A DNA stretch of 64,000 bases from Clostridia bacterium (GTDB lineage Bacteria > Bacillota > Clostridia > Oscillospirales > CAG-272), in contig JAFULR010000010.1 of assembly GCA_017483195.1 (NCBI GenBank), positions 12,673 through 76,672 of the forward strand, in the 5' to 3' direction. Position numbers and translations under genes: made by a program. Positions 60,017 through 64,000 of the stretch are shown here, piece after piece; position 1 is the stretch's first letter, and every line of letters starts with the position of its first letter. Under the pieces are notes generated by a model, which saw only the letters and a program-made list of their open reading frames with translations, did no database searches and was not told the origin of the DNA.

Positions 60017-61405
60017 TTAATTCTTGGATCTGATGTACTCATCCATCGCTTTAGCCGCGGTTTTGCCTGCGCCCATTGCGAGGATTACGGTTGCTGCGCC
60101 GGTTACGGCGTCGCCGCCTGCGTAGATGCCCTCGCGGGATGTGAGACCGTTTTCGTCCGCGATAAGGCAACCCCATTTATTTGTGTCAAGTCCCTTAGTT
60201 GTATTTCTGATAAGGGGATTGGGGCTCGTACCGATGGACATGATAACGCAGTCAACGTCGATGACGAATTCGCTGTCGGGCTTAACTATGGGACGGCGTC
60301 TGCCGGATGCATCGGGCTCGCCAAGCTCCATTTCAACGCACTTCATACCCGTTACGAGCTTATGCTCGTCACCAAGGATCTCCACGGGATTTGTGAGTGT
60401 CTTGAAGATGATTCCTTCTTCTTCAGCATGCTCAACCTCCTCTTTACGCGCGGGAAGCTCGCTCATACCTCTTCTGTAAACGATGTAAACGTTCTCCGCG
60501 CCAAGTCTCTTTGCGCTTCTTGCTGCGTCCATAGCAACGTTACCGCCGCCTACTACGGCTACGTTCTTACAATCCTTGATGGGTGTATCGGAGCCCTTCC
60601 GGTAAGACTTCATAAGGTTTACTCTTGTAAGGAACTCGTTTGCGGAGTAAACGCCCTTAAGGTTCTCGCCGGGGATATTCATAAAGTTGGGAAGACCTGC
60701 GCCGCTTCCGATGAATACGGACTCATAGCCCATCTCGAAAAGCTCGTCGATCTCAATGGTTCTGCCGATTACGACGTTCGTCTCGACCTTTACGCCGAGT
60801 GCCTTGAGGTTTTCGATCTCGTCTGCAACGATCTTTTTGGGGAGACGGAACTCGGGAATACCGTAAACGAGAACTCCGCCTGCAAGGTGGAGTGCCTCGA
60901 ATATTGTTACCTCATAGCCCATCTTTGCAAGGTCGCCAGCACAAGTAAGACCTGAGGGGCCTGCGCCGATGATGGCGCACTTATGACCGTTTGATTCGGG
61001 CTTTTGGGGCTTTTCCGTCGCGTGAGCGTTATGCCAGTCAGCAACGAAGCGCTCAAGACGTCCGATGGCAACGGGCTCGCCCTTAATTCCTCTTACGCAC
61101 TTGCTTTCGCACTGTGTTTCCTGGGGGCAAACGCGTCCGCAGACTGCGGGAAGGGCGGAGCTTTTTGCGATTATCTGATAAGCGCCCTCAAAATCGCGCT
61201 CCTTTATCTTCATAATGAATGCGGGGATATCGATAGCAACGGGGCAGCCGCCAACGCAGGGCTTATTCTTACAGTTAAGGCATCTTTCAGCCTCGTTGAC
61301 TGCCTGCTCCTCGGTGTAGCCGAGAGCTACCTCAAGAAAGTTTCCGTTACGGACCATTGGGTCCTGAACGGGCATTTCGTTCTTCTTAAGACTCATATTT
61401 GGCAT
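60017..61405 (-). CDS. nfnB: NADPH-dependent glutamate-synthase-small-subunit-like oxidoreductase (NfnB/SudA/GltD-type)
   Basis: Two 4Fe-4S Cys clusters plus FAD/NAD Rossmann motifs (IIGAGPSGL, VVGGGNVAMD); start MPNM with AGGAGG RBS. Confidence 0.8.
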   Translation of the reverse strand: MPNMSLKKNEMPVQDPMVRNGNFLEVALGYTEEQAVNEAERCLNCKNKPCVGGCPVAIDIPAFIMKIKERDFEGAYQIIAKSSALPAVCGRVCPQETQCESKCVRGIKGEPVAIGRLERFVADWHNAHATEKPQKPESNGHKCAIIGAGPSGLTCAGDLAKMGYEVTIFEALHLAGGVLVYGIPEFRLPKKIVADEIENLKALGVKVETNVVIGRTIEIDELFEMGYESVFIGSGAGLPNFMNIPGENLKGVYSANEFLTRVNLMKSYRKGSDTPIKDCKNVAVVGGGNVAMDAARSAKRLGAENVYIVYRRGMSELPARKEEVEHAEEEGIIFKTLTNPVEILGDEHKLVTGMKCVEMELGEPDASGRRRPIVKPDSEFVIDVDCVIMSIGTSPNPLIRNTTKGLDTNKWGCLIADENGLTSREGIYAGGDAVTGAATVILAMGAGKTAAKAMDEYIRSKN

Positions 61406-61406
61406 T

Positions 61407-62249
61407 TTACTGTACCTCCTTCTTGAAAAGGTTGCACGTTTCCTCGTGCTTCTGACGTTCAAAGCCGCGATACATTGAGGAGCGCTCTATTGCCTCGTCG
61501 AAATCAACAAGGTGGCCGTCGAAGTCGGGGCCGTCAACGCACGCGAATTTTGTCTGACCGCCAACGGTAAGACGGCATCCGCCGCACATACCTGTGCCGT
61601 CGATCATAATGGGGTTCATTGAAACCACTGTGGGAATTCCGTACTGCTTTGTAAGCTGGCAAACGAACTTCATCATCACAAGAGGACCGATGGCGATAAC
61701 CTGGTCATAGTTGTGTCCCTCCTCGATAAGACCGAGAAGAGCATTTGTTACAAGTCCCTTGGTTCCGTGTGAGCCGTCGTCGGTCATAAGCTCGAGAACG
61801 TCGGATACTGCTGTGAACTCATCCTCAAGGATAACGAGATCCTTGTTTCTGAAGCCGATGATGGTGTGAACCTCACAACCGAGGTTGTGGAGCTTCTTTG
61901 CGATGGGGTATGCTATAGCGCAACCAACGCCGCCGCCTACTACGGCTACCTTTTTAAGTCCCTCGGTGTGAGAGGGAACACCGAGAGGACCTACGAAATC
62001 GTGAATATAGTCGCCCTCGTTTAAGTGATTAAGCTTTTCTGTTGTGGATCCTACGATCTGGAAGATAATTGTGATCGTACCTGCCTCGCGGTCGAAATCG
62101 GCAACCGTGAGAGGAATTCTCTCACCGTTTTCGTCAACGCGGAGAATGATGAACTGACCGGGCTCTGCCTTCTTTGCAACGAGGGGCGCGTAAACGTCCA
62201 TAAGCGTTACCGTGGGGTTAAGAACCTCTTTTCTGAGAATCTTGTACAT
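61407..62249 (-). CDS. nfnA: ferredoxin-NADP(+) reductase subunit alpha (NfnA/SudB, PyrK-like)
   Basis: FAD-binding barrel, Rossmann motif (VGGGVGCA) and C-terminal 2Fe-2S Cys cluster; translationally coupled to nfnB. Confidence 0.8.
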   Translation of the reverse strand: MYKILRKEVLNPTVTLMDVYAPLVAKKAEPGQFIILRVDENGERIPLTVADFDREAGTITIIFQIVGSTTEKLNHLNEGDYIHDFVGPLGVPSHTEGLKKVAVVGGGVGCAIAYPIAKKLHNLGCEVHTIIGFRNKDLVILEDEFTAVSDVLELMTDDGSHGTKGLVTNALLGLIEEGHNYDQVIAIGPLVMMKFVCQLTKQYGIPTVVSMNPIMIDGTGMCGGCRLTVGGQTKFACVDGPDFDGHLVDFDEAIERSSMYRGFERQKHEETCNLFKKEVQ

Positions 62250-62468
62250 TTTTATACCTCTTTTACGTAAAAAATAATTTTCAAATTAATTATAAAACAA
62301 TCATCGCATATTATATCATAAGTAAGGAAAAAAAGTCAACGGTTTTCGTTACTTTTTTAACAATTTTTGAAAAATCGGCGTTTTTGGGGGCAAATTACAT
62401 ATTGAATGTTAAAAATATAGCGTAATTGCACAAAAAACAAGAGCCTTGCGGCTCTTGTTTTTTTGTAT

Positions 62469-62804
62469 TCAATCGTCGTCCTTATCGGTGTGCTTGAGCT
62501 CGAAGTGAATGAGGATGCTCATAAGCGCGCGAAGGATGAACACGGCGCCCAGCACCAGAAGCTCGTCGATATCCTCAACGAGAAGCGTTTTTAATATCTC
62601 CGCGCCGAGCTTGAATTCAAGTCCCGTTGCAAGTCCCTTTGCAAGGTGGGTCTGTATTTTGATATGCCTTTTCATAAAGGTGTTCTGAATGTATTCCCAG
62701 AATGCCTTGATGCAGGTCCAGAATACTACAAAAACGCCCATTATTTCCAAAATAAACACTATAATCGGCAAAAGAAAGCTGATGATGTCGTGCAAAAAGT
62801 TCAT
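62469..62804 (-). CDS. DUF1622-like small membrane protein
   Basis: 3 TM helices; start MNFLHD. Confidence 0.5.
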   Translation of the reverse strand: MNFLHDIISFLLPIIVFILEIMGVFVVFWTCIKAFWEYIQNTFMKRHIKIQTHLAKGLATGLEFKLGAEILKTLLVEDIDELLVLGAVFILRALMSILIHFELKHTDKDDD

Positions 62805-63057
62805 ATTTACTCTCCTGTGAAGCTTGATCATTAAATGCATTATATATCACGGGAGAAGAAAAGTCAATAATATTTTTGTAATTTCTGCCGAATACCGTCA
62901 TTTTTGGAAGAAATATAAAACTATTTATATAATTAATATGTTCGTTTTTATTGACAAATAAAATTTATCGTGATATAATTATCGATGATGCGCTTTTTTA
63001 GCGCGGTAGTTTCAGATAAGAAAAATGCTTATAAATACACAGAAAGGTAGGATGGCA

Positions 63058-64000
63058 CATGGCTTTTTTTCTGAACAGCATTCCTGTTCCGCTTAAAAAG
63101 AACACTGCGGACAAGCCCTCGGTGAGAATGACGGACGTTAAGACCGTTATGATCCCCATGCTTATGCATCAGGGTACTCCCGCAACTCCCGTGGTAAAGA
63201 TGGGTGATCTTGTAAAGGTCGGAACTAAGATTGCACAGGCAAACGGAGAGCTTTCCTCTCCCATCTACGCAAGCGTTTCGGGTAAGGTTACGAAGGTTTG
63301 CGATTATCTTACGGCTTCGGGCAAGTACGTTCCCGCAATCGTTATCACCGCTGACGGTGAAATGGCGACGGAGGAGGGACTTACTGCTCCCACAGTAAAC
63401 AGCAAGGACGAGCTTCTTGCTGCGATCCGCGAAAGCGGCGTTGTCGGTCTTGGCGGCGCGGGCTTCCCCACACACGTTAAGTTGAACGTTGATTTTGAAA
63501 ACGTTGAAACACTTATTGTTAACGGAACTGAGTGTGAGCCCTACATCACAAGCGATAACCACGTTATGAACGAAAGAGCAGGGGATATCGAATTTGCTCT
63601 TAGTGCTTTTAAGAAGCACCTCGGTATCAAGCACATCGTTATCGGCGTTGGTAACAACAAAAAAACATCCATTGAAAACATGAAGGAGCTTGCTTCAAGA
63701 ATTGAGGGCGCTGAGGTTATCGCTCTTCCTTCAACCTATTCTCACGGAAGCGAGGAAGCGATCGTATTCCACGCAACCAAGAAGGTATTGCCCCAGGGTA
63801 AGCTTCCTGTTGATATTGGCTGCGTTGTTTGTAACGTAACCACTATTGCCGAGATCGGAAAATATCTTAAAACAGGTATGCCCTTTGTTGAAAGATACGT
63901 TACGGTTGACGGCAGCTGCGTAAAGGAGCCCCAGTGTGTGATCGCTCCTATCGGCGTTTCTCTTGAGGAGCTTTTCGCGTTCGTTGGTGAGTTTGAGTGC
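63058..64000 (+). CDS. rnfC: electron transport complex subunit RnfC (N-terminal part; runs past the window end)
   Basis: Open frame to the window end; SLBB/NADH-binding motif GGAGFPTHVK; AGGTAGG RBS; absent from the ORF track because it has no stop in the window. Confidence 0.8.

Noticed and set aside
63029-63634. 201-aa minus-strand ORF at the window end
   Set aside because: The plus strand here encodes a clear RnfC N-terminus (GGAGFPTHVK motif, good RBS). The minus ORF is an antisense artefact.

Overview
This 64 kb window appears to come from a spore-forming Clostridia-type Firmicute (Gram-positive-type RBSs, spoIIR, a BclA-like collagen protein, Nfn/Rnf energy-metabolism genes). It opens with the conserved end of the ribosomal-protein/alpha operon (map, infA, rpmJ, rpsM, rpsK, rpsD, rpoA, rplQ). 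A mixed core/accessory region follows: cysteine desulfurase with a small DUF3343-like partner, spoIIR, two tandem lipoproteins, MTHFS, DJ-1/PfpI, hisS, an ArsC/Spx-family protein and tRNA-Ser(UGA). Next to the tRNA is a degraded integrative-element remnant (Xis-like HTH protein, no integrase), then a ktrBA + kdpDE-like module bounded by a repeated hairpin. An AT-rich defence/accessory island follows: a Type I R-M system (Fic-hsdM-two membrane ORFs-hsdS-membrane ORF-hsdR), an RtcB RNA-ligase operon (see below), then small unknown proteins, a frameshifted ECF-type sigma factor with a DUF4367-like partner, an XRE HTH protein, DUF1003, a PucR regulator and Hsp20. The remainder is housekeeping/transport (rubredoxin, Na/Pi symporter, ZupT, MFS-GPH, esterase, pepF, Nudix, NfnAB, start of rnfC). 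The genome carries a conspicuous modular repeat family with two parts. One is 24-nt GC-rich REP-like palindromes in mosaic arrays flanking hisS; two perfect inverted copies of this palindrome lie inside a RAYT (REP-associated tyrosine transposase) ORF. The other is roughly 330-390 bp palindrome-bearing units, one inverted pair of which flanks the carboxylesterase gene. The most interesting candidate system is rtcB-SPFH preceded by two tandem PafBC-like WYL-domain regulators. They are separated from rtcB-SPFH by a 550-bp structured non-coding gap that carries a tRNA-like T-arm/acceptor mimic; this may be a Y-RNA/YrlA-like RNA, or alternatively an att-site remnant. A second candidate is the set of unknown membrane proteins embedded in the Type I R-M operon. 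All calls rest on reading the translations and sequence by eye; no database searches or folding computations were run.
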